Assembly (NCBI GenBank): GCA_965153285.1
Contig: OZ229116.1
DNA from: Podarcis tiliguerta
Taxonomy: Eukaryota
Length of the DNA stretch: 64,000 nt
Direction: 5' to 3' (one strand)
The notes under the pieces are model-generated. The model was not told the DNA's origin. It was given only the letters and a program-made list of their open reading frames with translations, and did not search any database. Positions 48,302 to 61,943 of the stretch are shown here, piece after piece. Every line of letters starts with the position of its first letter. Within the stretch, counting starts at the first letter, position 1. The position numbers and the translations under genes are program-made.

Positions 48302-48441
48302 TAGAATTATAGAGTTGGAAGGGGCCACAAAGGTAATCTATTCCAAACCACTACAATGCAAGAATCTTTCATCCAATGTGGGGCTCAAACCCATGACCCT
48401 GAGATCAACAGTCCCATGCTCTACCAACTGAGCTATCCCAG
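48302..48441 (-). mobile_element. SINE with tRNA-Lys-like head and CR1-like tail
   Basis: Minus strand GGGATAGCTCAGTTGGTAGAGCATGGGACT..CAGGGTCATGGGTTTGAGCCCCAC fused to CCCTTCCAACTCTATAATTCT. Confidence 0.75.
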
Positions 48442-49564
48442 GTAGTTCTGTTGTGCATCATCAGTTGTGCACAAATGAAGCCATAAACACAGCACTTTCT
48501 ACTCTTTTCATTTGCATTGCTGCAATCTTTGTTATTTAGGAATGGGAAATGATAACAGGATTAAACCAGATGTGCAACCGAACTGTCATCCCAAACTTCA
48601 TTCACTGGAAAGTCAATGAAACCCAGTATGATTGCACAGCTGTCAGAAAGATTCCTTTTTATTGAAGCTTCTGAGAGAACATTTGAGTGAGATACAGTTT
48701 CATGGGCATGGAGGGCAAGGGCATAGATGAAGCTCTGTTTGCTAAATAAACATATTCAAACACGGAACCTATCTGGGCCACCCATTTTGTTGTTGAAATT
48801 AGCACAACCATCCTACTTGGCTCGCTGCTTCTGGCCTTGCATTGGAATGTAGGTCATATTCGTTCTGCTAGACTGGATGCTGTCTGAGCTTATAAAAGAA
48901 CTGTCACACCAAATGGTCCATCTAGCCCAGTATCAGCAACATCTCCCCACGGCATCAACATGTAGGAATTCCCATCATTGCCAAATGAAATCAATGAAGC
49001 TGGTCCATTAATGCATGATGAGGACATTAGTGACAGCTAAGCTGTGTACCTCCCCATTTCTCATTCCATCCTACCAACAAGAGGACAACTCCTTTCTCAC
49101 CACCATCAGATAAGCCAGGACCCAATTCTTCAAGAAAGTCCTGAGGAGCAACACTCTTAACTGTTATTCCTCCCATGGGCAATGCCTGCAGGCAAAAGAT
49201 ATCAGAAGCCTTCTTAACCAGGAGTCATTGATTGCCCTCTACTAAAAAACAAAAACAAAGCAAAACTGTAAACACATTGAGGATTTTACTCATTTGGAAG
49301 GCAAGCAGACAATTCATAATGAGGCACTAATAAATGTGGCGACATTTGTAAAACTAGCTTAACAGCTCAGCAATCCTCTGGATTCACAGGTCGTTAGACT
49401 TTTAAAATCATGACCAGTGCTGTCCTTTGTAAGTGTGGGGCAGCACTTTTTCTATACTAGAAAATTTATGGCAGTAGGTGAAAGAACACACACAAAATAA
49501 GTGGGGCTTTCTGAGAAAGTGGGAAGAACCACTTTTGATTCCATAGGAAGACATCTTATACCAA

Positions 49565-49626
49565 ATAAAAAAATTCCTTCCAGTAGCACCTTAGAGACCA
49601 ACTAAGTTTGTTATTGGTATGAGCTT
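49565..49626. mobile_element. Penelope-like terminal fragment
   Basis: GTAGCACCTTAGAGACCAACTAAGTTT..ATGAGCTTTC resembles reptile Penelope termini; flanked by an 11-bp direct repeat TCTTATACCAA. Confidence 0.65.
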
Positions 49627-52600
49627 TCTTATACCAAGTCAAACTAGTCCAGTGTGGTCTACTCTGACGTGCAGTGCCTGTCCAGGGTCTACCATATTCC
49701 CTGATACCTGAACTTCTGAAATAAAAGATGTTAGGGACTGAGCCTAGGATCTCCTGAAGGCAAGCTACACCCCACCCCTAATGGCATTTTACCCACTTGC
49801 TGCAACTAGCCCCACTTGCAAAAGCAGGTGTATGGAGGAGGGCTACCACCACCAGGATAGTATTCAGCAGGACTCCAACAAAGGGTTGCCTAAGCTGATT
49901 GGGAGAAGAGCCTAAGTCCAGAAGTAGAATAACTGCTTTGCATGCAGAAGGATTGCAGGTTCTATCCCCAACATCTCCTGACAAGGCAGGAAAAACAAAT
50001 TTGACTAAAGTCCTAGAGACTTTATTTTCATTGAAGTATTATGACTCGATATTTAATTGGATGTTTTTTATTGGAAAATCAATAAAAACGATTAAAAAAA
50101 AGAGAGAACAGCTGCCAGTCAGAGCTAGATGGACAAATGGTCCAACTCAGCATAAGACAGCTTCCTATCTTCCTATTCTGTGTGTACAGATAGAAGAAAT
50201 ACATAAAGAATACCTGCTCAGAGAGGCTTATGCCTCACTTGAACATTTGTCTTTAGAACAAACAGCTTGCTTGTCACTTATCTACACACTTGTATCCTGG
50301 ACATTCTATTATAACTGAAGACAGTGGGATTTTGTTTTGTTTTTTTCCACCAGCTAGGGTAAAGTCTAAGCCTCTCCGTTTCTGCTGTTATGCAACTACA
50401 CAGCCTAGTTAAGACAATTATTATTTCATCAGCCTTTTTAGGTCCATTTCCAGCAGAAATAAGTTTACTGCTTCATTATTACACGGATCATTAAAATTCC
50501 CACCACAGTGATGGACACAGATGGTGTCCATCTGAAAATATGTGTGTACCAGTTGAAAAACACAGGCAAAAACTGAAGGCAGCTGGTCTTACCCTAATTA
50601 TGTCATCCTATCTTCCGGCAAGTGACTCAACATACTGCAAGCTTATATATAGAATTTATAATAGCTTAGCTATTGCAACATCCCAAGAATCTTGGGAATT
50701 ATGGGTGGTATTCCATGTTTTCTGTCCCCTGACGGAAGGAATCTGCCAACAGAACAGGGGAGGGAGGAAATTTCTGTTTATTCCCCTTCCTCCCACATAC
50801 TTCTAAGTCTGCTCCAGAGCCGATGAGGGAAGGTACATGGAATCACCAGGAATTCCCCCACACTGCTGACCAGTTCCTTCCTATAGCTTTGTGAGGATGG
50901 ATACAATGCTCTATTAAGAGACACCTAGCTCAAATTTCCAGGGCGTAAAAGGAATATTAAAATCAGTACGTGTCTGTACTATTTAGGTAATATATCTAAG
51001 CGTGGGCATGGAGTAGAAAGTCAGAATACATCTTTTTCTCTGGGATGATTTCAGCATGGCAAAAATGAAGCAAATCAGCTTCTCTAATGATACTTCCATG
51101 CAGAGTTTATTTCATGCTCACATATGACTAACTACTTGTCAGAAGTGGGCCCCCCCTGGGTGTTTTATCTTGTTGCTCGATATAGCCACTGGCCTCTTTG
51201 CCACTTCGCAACCGATCAACCTGAAACCGATTTCATATGTGCAGAACATTTTTAGCCTTCCACTGTCAGGGGCTCAAAATAAATAATGCAGATATAACAT
51301 GGTGTTGCAAATTAACAGCCAATGTCTTCACAACCTGCTGCTGATGCTAGATATTTTATTCCTGCCCATCTGCTACATCGGGCTCTTTTGCTTTTTTTGA
51401 TTGCCATCAAAAAGGTCCCTGTATTGAGCTACTTTCTAAGTCCTGGCAGTGGAGATGGAACTTCTGCTAGATGGAAAGAATAGCACAGTGTTAGGGCAGC
51501 TGTTGGAGCTCTGGCAAGCATGCCAAGGCAGGCCTTTTCTTCCCTTCCTCCAGCATTGGACTTTGGCTGCCAAGATGGATGACTGACTGTATCTTCCAAT
51601 TTAGAAGCTACGAGTAAAAGATCAGTGCCTCTCGGGAACAAGCATGCTTCTGACAGCATTGTGGACCACATGGAAGTTGTTAATATTGTAATGCACATAC
51701 AACTTATCTGGAAGTACTGAGTATTGGGCAGTACGAGAGCATAGGAAGCTGCCTGATGAATCAGAGCACTGGTCCACCTAAGCTCCATATGGTCTACACC
51801 AGGGATGGAGAACCTCATTCTCAAGAGCCAAATGTAGCCCTCTCTATCTGGCCCCAAGGATGCCACCCCTTCAGGCCACATCAGACCTGCTCCATACCCT
51901 CTTTGCGAGCTGTTGCCTGGCTGAAATGGCCCTTGCTTGCCTGGATTAAAAGGCATGGTGGGTGTATAAACATCTACCATCAAAACAGAAGCTGCCAGCA
52001 TAGTTGCAGGTGGCTAAGCAGCTAGTTAGCGGGGCAGTGTTGTTGTATTCTTGTACGTTAGGAGCCGATGAACCAAATGCTTTGCCAATAAAGAACTGAA
52101 AATCCAGTCGCTCATCCTCACTGTTTGGTTTTGTTTGGGACAAGGCCAAGAAAGCCCACCATGCTAATCTACTTTCAGAACTCAGTTATCATTGAGCTAC
52201 CGGGAGGTTGTAGGAGGTGGGCAGGGTTCCATTCAAATAAGGCAAGTCTGTTTATACACTTTAAAAGGTTCTCGCTTTAGGGGGATCTGAAATGCTGCTA
52301 GACCCCCTTCTGCACTTCCACTTTGATCAGGTGCATGAAGCACTGAAGGAGATTGTTTGCTACATCTATAAGAGGATCTGGCAGTTCTTATATAGACGTT
52401 AGAATGTGCCCAGTAAGGATAGTTAGGGGCTGCTTCATTTGCAACCCAAATACGTCCATGCACTGCCGCAAGTGATTGGCCCTTCGTAATCATGGCTGCC
52501 TGCCAGAGCTACACCTCCAATGCAACTGAACTCACTTTGTAACATTTGCCTTGATATACTGAGACACCTGTCCCTTCTGTTGTCCCACATTGCAGTGATG

Positions 52601-53109
52601 CAGAAAGGGGCTGTAGCTGAGTGGCAGAGTACATGATTTGCACGCAAAAGTCTCCAGGTTCAATCTGCAGCATCTGTAGGAAGGATTAGGAGTTGCCCAT
52701 GTCTTAACCTTTGAAAGGCTACTTCTAGTCAGTTCTAGCCAATACTATGCCAGACATACCAGTGGTCCGAGGCAGCTCAACTACGCTCCTTTCTGTGTTT
52801 TTGCATTAGCCTACTGAAAAATGTATGGCAGGGCCGTAGCATTCAAAAGCTGCAGGAAAATCAATTCTTTCTCCTCACTTGAATGTTTCCAACAGCAAAC
52901 ACTGCTGAGCTCTCACAGCGCTGTGTGGTCAAGTGTGTGATTAAGCACAATTATATCCAGGAACATTCTCTGTAGTATTCACAGGACTACCAAAGCAGGC
53001 CTATTGATTCATATCTGATGCACATATAACGCCATTTAGCTGCAAGCAAACAAGAGGATGCAAATCTTGGCTGAGAGCCCCACTGAAATCAGTGTGACCT
53101 TTCCCCCCA

Positions 53110-53330
53110 CTTTATCATTACATTTCTATCTCACCTTTCATCTAAGTAGCTCGAGATGGCATACGTTGTTCTCCCCTCTCCCCATTTTATCCTCACAACA
53201 ACCCTGAAAGGTAGGTTAAGGTGAGAGACTGACTGGTCCAAGGTTACTCAGTGAGCTTCATGGCTGAGTGGAGATTTGAAACCTGATGTGCAAGGTCCAA
53301 GCTGAACTTTCTAACCACTGAAACACACTG
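53110..53330 (-). mobile_element. Older CORE/MIR-like (Squam3-related) SINE
   Basis: CCCATTTTATCCTCACAACAACCCTG..GGTAGGTTA..CCAAGGTTACTCAG..GGAGATTTGAAACC. Confidence 0.7.
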
Positions 53331-55081
53331 ACCCTCTTGAGTAAACATGTATAAAAATCAGTCTGCAAAGAGTAATCAACCATTAGGGTGAATTATGAGC
53401 AATATTAACTGTATTCCACATATTAATTTACATGTGCATTATATTTCACACATTTACTTCTAGAGTATATTTCATATATTAACTTACTCATGGAGTATAT
53501 CGTTTCTGTCTTGCACCAAAAGGAAAGGAGAAGGGAAAACACACACACACGCCCATCATAAAAGCTTTTCCATTGCAAGAAAGATACTGACAGCTGAATG
53601 GGACCTTGCTTGGCACACATGCTACTTGCTCACTACAGAGCTATTTGAAGAGCAGCTTTGTTTGAAGTGGCTCCCATTCAGAAAAGGAAAAGGGTGACAC
53701 AAACAAGCCCACGTAGACGTAACTTTTTAAAGGGCAGCAAATCCAACTGCTGAATTAATTGGCGTTTGTACAAGCCGAAAGATATACATTAAGCTCTACA
53801 TGAGTTCAACATCACATGAACAGCATGATGTGGGAATGTTTCTGTGTATATATATATTTGGGGGGGGGGAGGCAGGCTGGGGGAATGGGACAAATATTAC
53901 ACCTGCTTTCCTGTAAAAACTACAGGCCAAAGTTTAATGGAATTACTTTGGGTTTAGTTCAATGTAGCGCTAAGGGGATCGTTCCACTGCAAGCGTTTCT
54001 TCAAGCCCAACAAAATGATCTCCCCTCCCCTTGTACGCTTTCCCAGGGATTCTCCAGACCCTCTGGGGCAGATCTGAGAAGGGTGCAGGGGCGCATGGTG
54101 GGGAAGAGGACAGAGAGAAAGTCCTGCTCTGCCAGTATGCCCTGAAGTAAAGGCTGGTTGCTTTCTCAACCTTTGCACAACCTTCCCCTGAATATGGTTC
54201 TGCTCTTGGGCTATTTCCACTGGCAAAAGAGAGGGAGAGGGAATTTTCACCTATTCCCCCTTCCCTCTGATGGCCCTTTTACTCCTGACAATCTGCTCTG
54301 GAAGGTATGGTCCCATCTAGAACAGCATTGGAAGACAGTGGAAGGATCGGCAGAAACGGCCTCTCCCTAATGTGAAACTCCACTGGATCTGAATCCCACC
54401 CATGTATAGAAGGAGCCCTTCCGTCTGCAGGTGTCTAGTTAGGATCCAAACCACCATTTATTACATTTATACCCAGCCTTTTTTACACGATGGAACTCAG
54501 GCTGCTGTGCTCAGCTGGTCTCCCATTTGAGGACCGAAAAGAGCCAGATCTGCTTGGCTTCAGTACAGTAATGGCGTGTGCTTTCACAGCATAGAGATTG
54601 CAGCATCAGCTGGAAACTGATCAATATTTGTTACTGAGGTAACACGAATAAAACTAACATTTCAATCGAATAAAATCTCCCTGCATCCTAGTGAAATTCC
54701 TTTGACACATCATTAAAAATGGGCGATGGCAATAGAAAAAAGAAAAAGGCTAGGGAAGTCCATACTAGCTAGACTTGGGCATCTCAAGTTGCCAGTACTT
54801 ATCACTCTACTTTAAAGATCACTTGTGGTGAACAAGGTCTTCCAAAAACACAAACACAGGCTGTAGGGAAGCTGGCATATGGAATGTAGCCAAAGGAAAA
54901 ACAGATCTTGAGTTTAACAGCTGGAGACTTGCATAGATCCAAGCCCTACACACCATTTCTTTCCAGGAAGAAGCTATGCTGTCTTAAAGACCAGCACTGT
55001 GCATAAGGGTTGGCTGCCTGCTCCCCCATACCCAGCTTGTATTTCCTGTGAAGATGACTGATGAACTGGTCCCCTGCAGAT

Positions 55082-55602
55082 TGTGTCAGTTAGAGGATTC
55101 TAGGAGTTACTGGCTGGATCACTACAGGCTGAAAATACTATTGCTGAAATCCACCTAGAAGATGATTGTAGTGGTTCTAGGGGTTGCTCGTGCGTAAGCA
55201 GGTGCAAACACGTGGCTGGGTTGCCTGAGTGAACCTTTCCTGTCTGGACAGCCACTCACCCGTGGCTGTCTCAATCGCTGGCAGAATCCGTCAGTGGGCG
55301 TTTCTTAAACTTCTTCCAGCAAAGAAGCTCTTTGACGCCTAGTCTCCTCCTACTCTCTCTGCGCAAAAGCCTTCTGCGCAAGGAGGGCGTAGGCAGCGGA
55401 GGACCTCTACTCTCCCCGCTGGTCCCCGGCAAGGAGTCATGGGACCGCCTCGCCGCTTCCACCATCTGCCCCCCCTTCTCCACTGGTGCTACGCTGATTC
55501 TCTTCCCCAGAAGATGGGCTGCTTCTCCCAATCCCGGGACGCTCTCCGGAATCCCTCTGGATCTTGCTCTCTCCCTCCGGCACTGATGGCAGTTCCCTGA
55601 CA
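55082..55602 (-). mobile_element. Probable solo LTR
   Basis: TG...CA ends with TGTCAG/CTGACA inverted termini; 5-bp flanks CAGAT/AAGAT; GC- and CpG-rich relative to its surroundings. Confidence 0.6.
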
Positions 55603-58026
55603 AAGATGATTAGAGTTACCCTGCTGTCAATGGACCCCAGTGCCACCTGCTGAAGTTCTCTCTTGCCATGAGTGCTGCTGCCTGTATTGTTGATCTCTTG
55701 GTGATCCACTGTTAGCTGAATAAACAACACTGCTTGCACATGGCTTATGAGTGGGTGTGTATTGTGGGAAGGCTGCTACTCATAGACATTCAAACTGGAG
55801 TCCCAGAATGTAATATAAGAATATCCTCTAGATACTGAACCTGGTCGTGAATGCTGACTCAAGGGTTACACAATACAGTACATTGGAACAGGTTCCAACA
55901 GCAAAAACTCTAATATCCATATTATTTTTAGTCTCTGTTTTACTGCCCTCTCTCAAAAAAGACTGAAAAAAGCAGAAATTGGACCCTCAAATGAGAAGCT
56001 AGATAAACCTGCTGAGATGACCTTACATGCAACAAATATCTAGGAGAGAGCAGTCGAGACTAAGTATTGGGCCTGGTCATACTTTTATACTGCTGCTAAA
56101 TGTGAAATCAAAAACTACTTGCATGACAGCACTATTTTTATCCTTTATGACATATACACTATACAACCCTGCCATTAAACTGATCTGCTTGGGAAGAAGA
56201 TTTGCCCTTCTGATTAAGTGAAATGGTAACACATTTTTTGGTGCTGCACAAACAGGCTAGTTAACAGCCTTTAAGTGGGATCGCAGGAAGGCACAATTTG
56301 CTCCAAAAGGAGAGCTATAGATAAATGTGGCATTCAGGTCAGATTGGACATAAGATTAAATATGTGACTTTCCCTTTATGAGTATCATCATGGGTTGAAT
56401 TTAGTCAGGTACACCAGAAGACTCACAAGAATAAAGAATAAAGTGATCATACCACTATAATGCCTCTGAAGCACTATGGGTAAACAAATGGGAATTCCTT
56501 GCCCAGAGGAAATGTTTCCAGAACAGTATTATCTTTAAAATAGGCAACTTTCAAAAAAAAAGAAAAAAAAGGGGGGGGGATTGTGACCAAAGGGTTGGTG
56601 TTCTCTCCAATATAGGCAGAGTTCAGATGAGTTATGAGGGCCACAGACCTAAAAAAACAATATGGAAATTAGAAAACAATGCAAATGAATTTTACTCCCC
56701 AACATCACTTAGGACTGAGGCAGGACATACTTATGACATGGCGGAAATACTGTCTCCCTCCCCACACCTAATCTTAAAATGAATTTTTTTCTAGAGGGCT
56801 CATACACACTTCCACTTGCCCTTTGCCTAGAAAGCATGAGTCTGTGTGGTTTTCCGCTTGCTTTCTAGGCCATGGGTCCGAGCAGTTTTGCCTTTGCCCC
56901 ACTTTCCCCCAGAAAACACTCTCTTTAGTGATAAATCAGAACAAATGGCAATCTGCAGAAACCTGATTCTTGCTTGTTTCAACTCAGTGCGAAAGACGGG
57001 TTGCCTTTCATCTCAGAAATGGAAGTGCCAAAGCTGAAACATTTGTAAAGGCTCTGGGATCTTCCAAGATAAAAACAAAACGTTATGACATAAAATAAGT
57101 GCCTACAATACAAATAGTGGAAGACAAATGTTTGCAGTTTATCTTCAGCTAAAGCATTTCTAAATACAGTGTTGCCTAACAGTGAGTAGGTCGCCCATTC
57201 TCCCTTCAAATAATTGAACCTGCATTTGTGACCATTCAAGCCAAATGCGCCCCATCCATTGTGCCTGCCAGACCTGACATTGCCAGCTCATTTCTTGCAT
57301 TTGTCACCAGCAGCTCCTTCATGCCCTCTTGCTATTGCATTGCTTAACATTAACACCACATTATGATGCTGCATAATTCACGCCCTTGATCATGCCATGT
57401 AGCTTTGTAATGTAGCATGTGTTGAGAATAATATAACACTGCCCCTCCCCATGTAATTCGTGTTGCTTTCACATCCTACATGCCCACACTGACAACAGTT
57501 ATCAACAAAGAACAACATATTTCTTTGATGGGTCACTGTGAAGCATGAGGCAGAATACGAGAGCACTATATTCTTGTTGGAATTTTCTACTGTTATTCTG
57601 TTTGACCATCCAAGCACTTCCAGCACTAGAACTCGCCTGTAGAAACTATTACAAAGGGAGGTTACTTAAAATTCTGAGCCGAAGCTTGTTGTTCATTCAA
57701 TCTTTTTTCCATGTGTACTCTCAACCCACTTTTTCTTCCAAAGAGAGACTGAAATTTCTACATGCTCTAATTCTTCTATGATTTAATGAGTGTCGCTCTA
57801 TTTTCTGTTTGACTGTTGCCAAGCTTTCCCTCATCCACTCTCATCTAGCAAGTGCACCACACAAGGCCGGAAAGGGGTGAGGGTAAACTCCCCATTACCA
57901 AAAAGAAAAGACAGATTTCTCAATTGAAGCATTTCGTTGCATACTTGTTATGCGGTAGAATATAGAAGAACAAGCCTTACCGAGAAAACAGCAGCGTGGC
58001 TTTGGTAGAACCATGTTTCGGCAATA

Positions 58027-58279
58027 CAGTCATACCTCGGGTTGCGAACGTGATCCATGCGGGAGGCACGTTCGCAACCCAGTGTTCGCAACCCACAGCG
58101 ACGTGTCTGCGAACGTGTGTGATACAATTTGGCGCTTCTGCGCATGACGTCATTTTGTACTTCTGTGCATGCGCGATCACTGAAACCCGGAAGTAGCCCA
58201 TTCCAGTACTTCCGGGTTCGGCGCGGTCCTCAACCTGAAAACCCGCAACCCACAGCGATTGCAACCCGAGGTATGACTG
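58027..58279. mobile_element. Tc1/mariner-type MITE (family B), intact
   Basis: Perfect 19-bp TIRs CAGTCATACCTCGGGTTGC with TA TSD. Confidence 0.92.
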
Positions 58280-58444
58280 TAGTGTACAGCTACTTGACGG
58301 CATATACAGTCATGAGACAGGAAGACGTGTACACTTGGGTTATACAAATTCCTTATCATAGGCTCATGGTTGGGATAAGGGGATGAGTTCTCTTATCAGA
58401 GTCAACCTTTCCACTAAGCAGCCATTTTGATAGGAGGATTCAAC

Positions 58445-58708
58445 TGTTAAGTTGTGGGTGAACATATCAGACGACACAGCGATTCTTCAAACAGCTCTTG
58501 TTTATTCACAGGCCAGAACAGAACTGAACTGAAGGGTTCAGCCAGCCTGCTTATATAGAGCTCCACTAGAACGCAACAGTAACCATTTTCTGTAACTATC
58601 CAATCACGTAATGTCACTTTCAATCCCTTATTTGCATATGTGGACCTGAGTGAAAACTATCTACAGCATCCCCCTGCTGGCCCAGGGTGAGAACTTCAGT
58701 ACATAACA
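58445..58708 (-). mobile_element. Solo LTR (264 bp)
   Basis: TGTTA...TAACA termini, perfect 5-bp TSD TCAAC; octamer, CCAAT box, TATATAA and AATAAA in LTR order along the minus strand. Confidence 0.9.
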
Positions 58709-58719
58709 TCAACAATGCT

Positions 58720-58952
58720 TAGTTAAAGGAATTTGCTGCCCCAAGAAGTGGTGATGACCACCAATTTGGATGGCTTTAAGAGATTCATGAGCTGAGTATC
58801 AGTTGCTAGGAATCACAAGTGGGCAAAGTGCTGTTGCACTCTGGTCCTGCTTTGTGGGCTTCGCTTTAGGCATCTGGTTGGCCACTGTGAGAACAGGATG
58901 CTGGACTAGATGGGCCATTGGCCTGCTCCATCAGGCTCTTCTTGTGTTCTTA
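58720..58952 (+). mobile_element. Old CR1-type 3' end remnant
   Basis: GGCATCTGGTTGGCCACTGTGAGAACAGGATGCTGGACTAGATGGG..TCTTGTGTTCTT; related copies near 32370-32455 and 15940-16010. Confidence 0.55.
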
Positions 58953-59930
58953 GTATTCCCAAAGGTCCCTTTCATCCCTCTGACCTCCACTTCTATTGGC
59001 TTGTACAGATGCTACACCACAGGAGCAGGAGACATGGCTTGAAGGATCACATTCCCTCTTCTCTGTCCGCTTCAGCTTGACTCATCTATTTGGAATGACC
59101 ACACCAAAGTTAATCACAGGTAAACACTAACTAGGATTTGCTCCTTTCCAGGATTTGAAGCCCATTACTCCTAGAAGAAAAAGGTGTTACAAGCGACAAA
59201 AGCTGGTGACTGATATTACTGTGGAATAAGATGAACCATAAATGTTCTCTATGAATAGAATTGACACGGTGACAACTAATATTGATGCATTTCATCGTCT
59301 ACCAAGAGTGGTTTGTCTAATTAGAATGTCTATAACATTATTGGATCAAGTGTTAAGTGTGTAAAGTCAGAGAATTATTCCTGCTCAACCAGTGGAGTTC
59401 GTTCAGTAATCAGACATGGTCATCACAAACAACTGAAAACTTGGGGTATAGTCTGCCTGTCATTTATTTTAGCACGACTAGACTTAAGTTATTTAAGTGG
59501 AATTGCAGACAGGCCATCGATAAACATGACAGCCTCAATAGAACCTTTCCATCCCACCCTCAGCAAGACTCATAGCAGCAGTAGCAGTGGAAACCGTATG
59601 CATGCAAGTCAATCATATTCAGCATTTCCTTCTGAACGAAGCTCCCCCTAGAGAGACAACCAGTCTAGATAAATTAAAATTAGCTCTTGAAGCTTTAGTG
59701 GATTGCATCTTTACCAAACCATGACAGGAAATAAATATCCTCCACTGTGCACAGAACTGCAGCCTTGGGAATCTCAAGAGCTTTAAAAACCTTGGAAGGG
59801 ACGATAGAAACACCCTGCAGTGACAGAGAGGGGAAACTCTGGACGACAGTATCACTACAATACAGCGTAAGTAAAAACCATATGCTAAAACTGCAGATTA
59901 AAATATATGTCAACTTTACATGTCTGGGTA

Positions 59931-60276
59931 AAGGTAAAGGACCCCTGACAGTTAAGTCCAGTTGCGAACGGCTCTGGGGTTGCGGCATTCAGCTCACTTT
60001 ACTGGCCGAGGGAGCCGCCGCTTGTCCACAGACAGTTTTTCCGGGTCATGTGGCCAGCATGACTAAGCCGCTTCTGGAGAAAGCAGAGCAGTGCACGGAA
60101 ACATCATTTACCTTCCTGCTGGAATGGTACCTATTCATCTACTTGCACTTTGAGGTGCTTTCGAAGTCCTACGTTGGCAGGAGCAGGCACTGAACAACGG
60201 GAGCTCACCCTGTCACGGGGATTCGAACTGCCAACCTTCCGATCGGCAAGCCCTAGGCTCAGCGCCACCCGTGCCC
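59931..60276 (-). mobile_element. Sauria SINE (small deletion in the head)
   Basis: AAGGTAAAGGACCCCTG tail; TSD ACATGTCTGGGTA / ACATATCTGGGTA. Confidence 0.92.
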
Positions 60277-60549
60277 TCACATATCTGGGTAGGCTAGTCT
60301 AAACAAGAGCACTTTTAGGAGGCACCAAAAAGAGTACAACAAGGCATCACAGCAAAAGACTGAGGAATCAATAAATTTTGAACGTTTACAAACCAGGAGA
60401 ATGCAATGTCATGTTGCATCATGCAACCATAACAAATGTCATCAAGGCAGCTTTTTTATTATAGGCTGGAGTTACCAACTTGACGCCCAAGTCTTTCATT
60501 GGTGCTCCCAGGCACGGGTCCAGACTCTGAGCTTTCGTTGTTTTATATA

Positions 60550-60552
<3 letters not shown>

Positions 60553-60602
<50 letters not shown>
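60553..60602. repeat. (TA)n microsatellite
   Basis: About 25 TA units. Confidence 0.95.
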
Positions 60603-60606
<4 letters not shown>

Positions 60607-61586
60607 CAAGTCCCTAGCCCTCCTAGAAATAACATTAGGAAGCAAAATGTACAGGTACCCTTCTAAGCAATTTCTGTGAAATGATGCAGCCCGACTGCTC
60701 ATGCCTTTCAGTGTTTTTAGCGAAGGAGTGAAGTCAGAGCTGTCACTGACGACCGAGTTGCTTGGAAACCGGGCAATAGGAATCCCTGGAGTCCTAAAGA
60801 GTTTGTATTTCCCCCTTTCCTTTAGTGCACTTCTCCTGCTTCTCTCTTATTTTCTAGTAACCATTGGAATACCCATAGCTTGCCCTTCCTTTTTTCCTAG
60901 CAACCAGGATGCATCTTTCCTGTGGTGGGTTTGTCAGAGATCAAGTACTCCCTAGGAAGCTAATTTCCGCAAATACTAATACTTAATACTAATACGTAAG
61001 TGCAGGTGGATGTTAAAGAATCCCTTCTCTAAACATCAAAGGCAGAGTGCTAACATTTTGCAAACAGGCTTAGGAATGTCTCCCAGGCTTTGGGTTTAGG
61101 GTTGGCACTGCCTTTAGCAGTTATATCTGCACAGTCAGGACCAGCAGGACATCACTGACTTCCTACGGTAAGCATGAGGTTGTTCTGAGGGGTAGGGTGG
61201 GAAGAGAAGCAGCAATGACTGTATTGTCTGTAATTCTGTGCCATGCTATGCCCCACCCCCTGCGGTAGCCCTGTTGCGCTATGGCATGCTCCAAATGACA
61301 GCTTTTGTGTGTGTGACTGGTACCTACAATGTTCTCAAAATCTGAAATGTGCCCACTGGTCCAAAAAAGGCTGGTGGCCCCTGCAATAGGTTAATGTCAG
61401 GTGTTGAACACAGCTTCAATGTTATTTAATTTAGAGAAAATCCTAAATAATGTTTTGGTCAGGCATCATGGCATTAAAAAATTATTAATCTAACATCAGA
61501 GTAATCTTAGTCCCAGCCAGTGAACACTGGAGTGACAAAGTTAACAAGCAGCTTTGGGTTCAATTGACCCATGTATGGTGCTATTA

Positions 61587-61943
61587 GGGACGCGGGTGGC
61601 GCTGTGGGTAAAAGCCTCAGCACCTAGGGCTTGCCGATCGAAAGGTCGGCGGTTCGAATCCCCGCAGCGGGGTGCGCTCTCGTTGCTCCCAGCGCCTGCC
61701 AACCTAGCAGTTTGAAAGCACTCCCGGGTGCAAGTAGATAAATAGGGACCGCTTACTAGCGGGAAGGTAAACGGCGTTTCCGTGTGCGGCTCTGGCTCGC
61801 CAGAGCAGCGATGTCACGTTGGCCACGTGACCCGGAAGTGTCTCCGGACAGCGCTGGCCCCCGGCCTCTTGAGTGAAATGGGCGCACAACCCTAGAGTCT
61901 GTCAAGACTGGCCCGTACGGGCAGGGGTACCTTTACCTTTACC
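61587..61943 (+). mobile_element. Sauria SINE, distinct subfamily
   Basis: GGGACGCGGGTGGCGCTG head, (ACCTTT)n tail, perfect 13-bp TSD TATGGTGCTATTA. Confidence 0.93.

Noticed and set aside
48372-48441. Functional tRNA-Lys gene
   Set aside because: Acceptor stem and anticodon are degenerate and it is fused to a CR1-like tail, so it is a SINE head.
51429-52001. 190-aa minus-strand ORF
   Set aside because: No recognisable domain or clear splice context, and it partly overlaps MITE-like sequence; likely chance.
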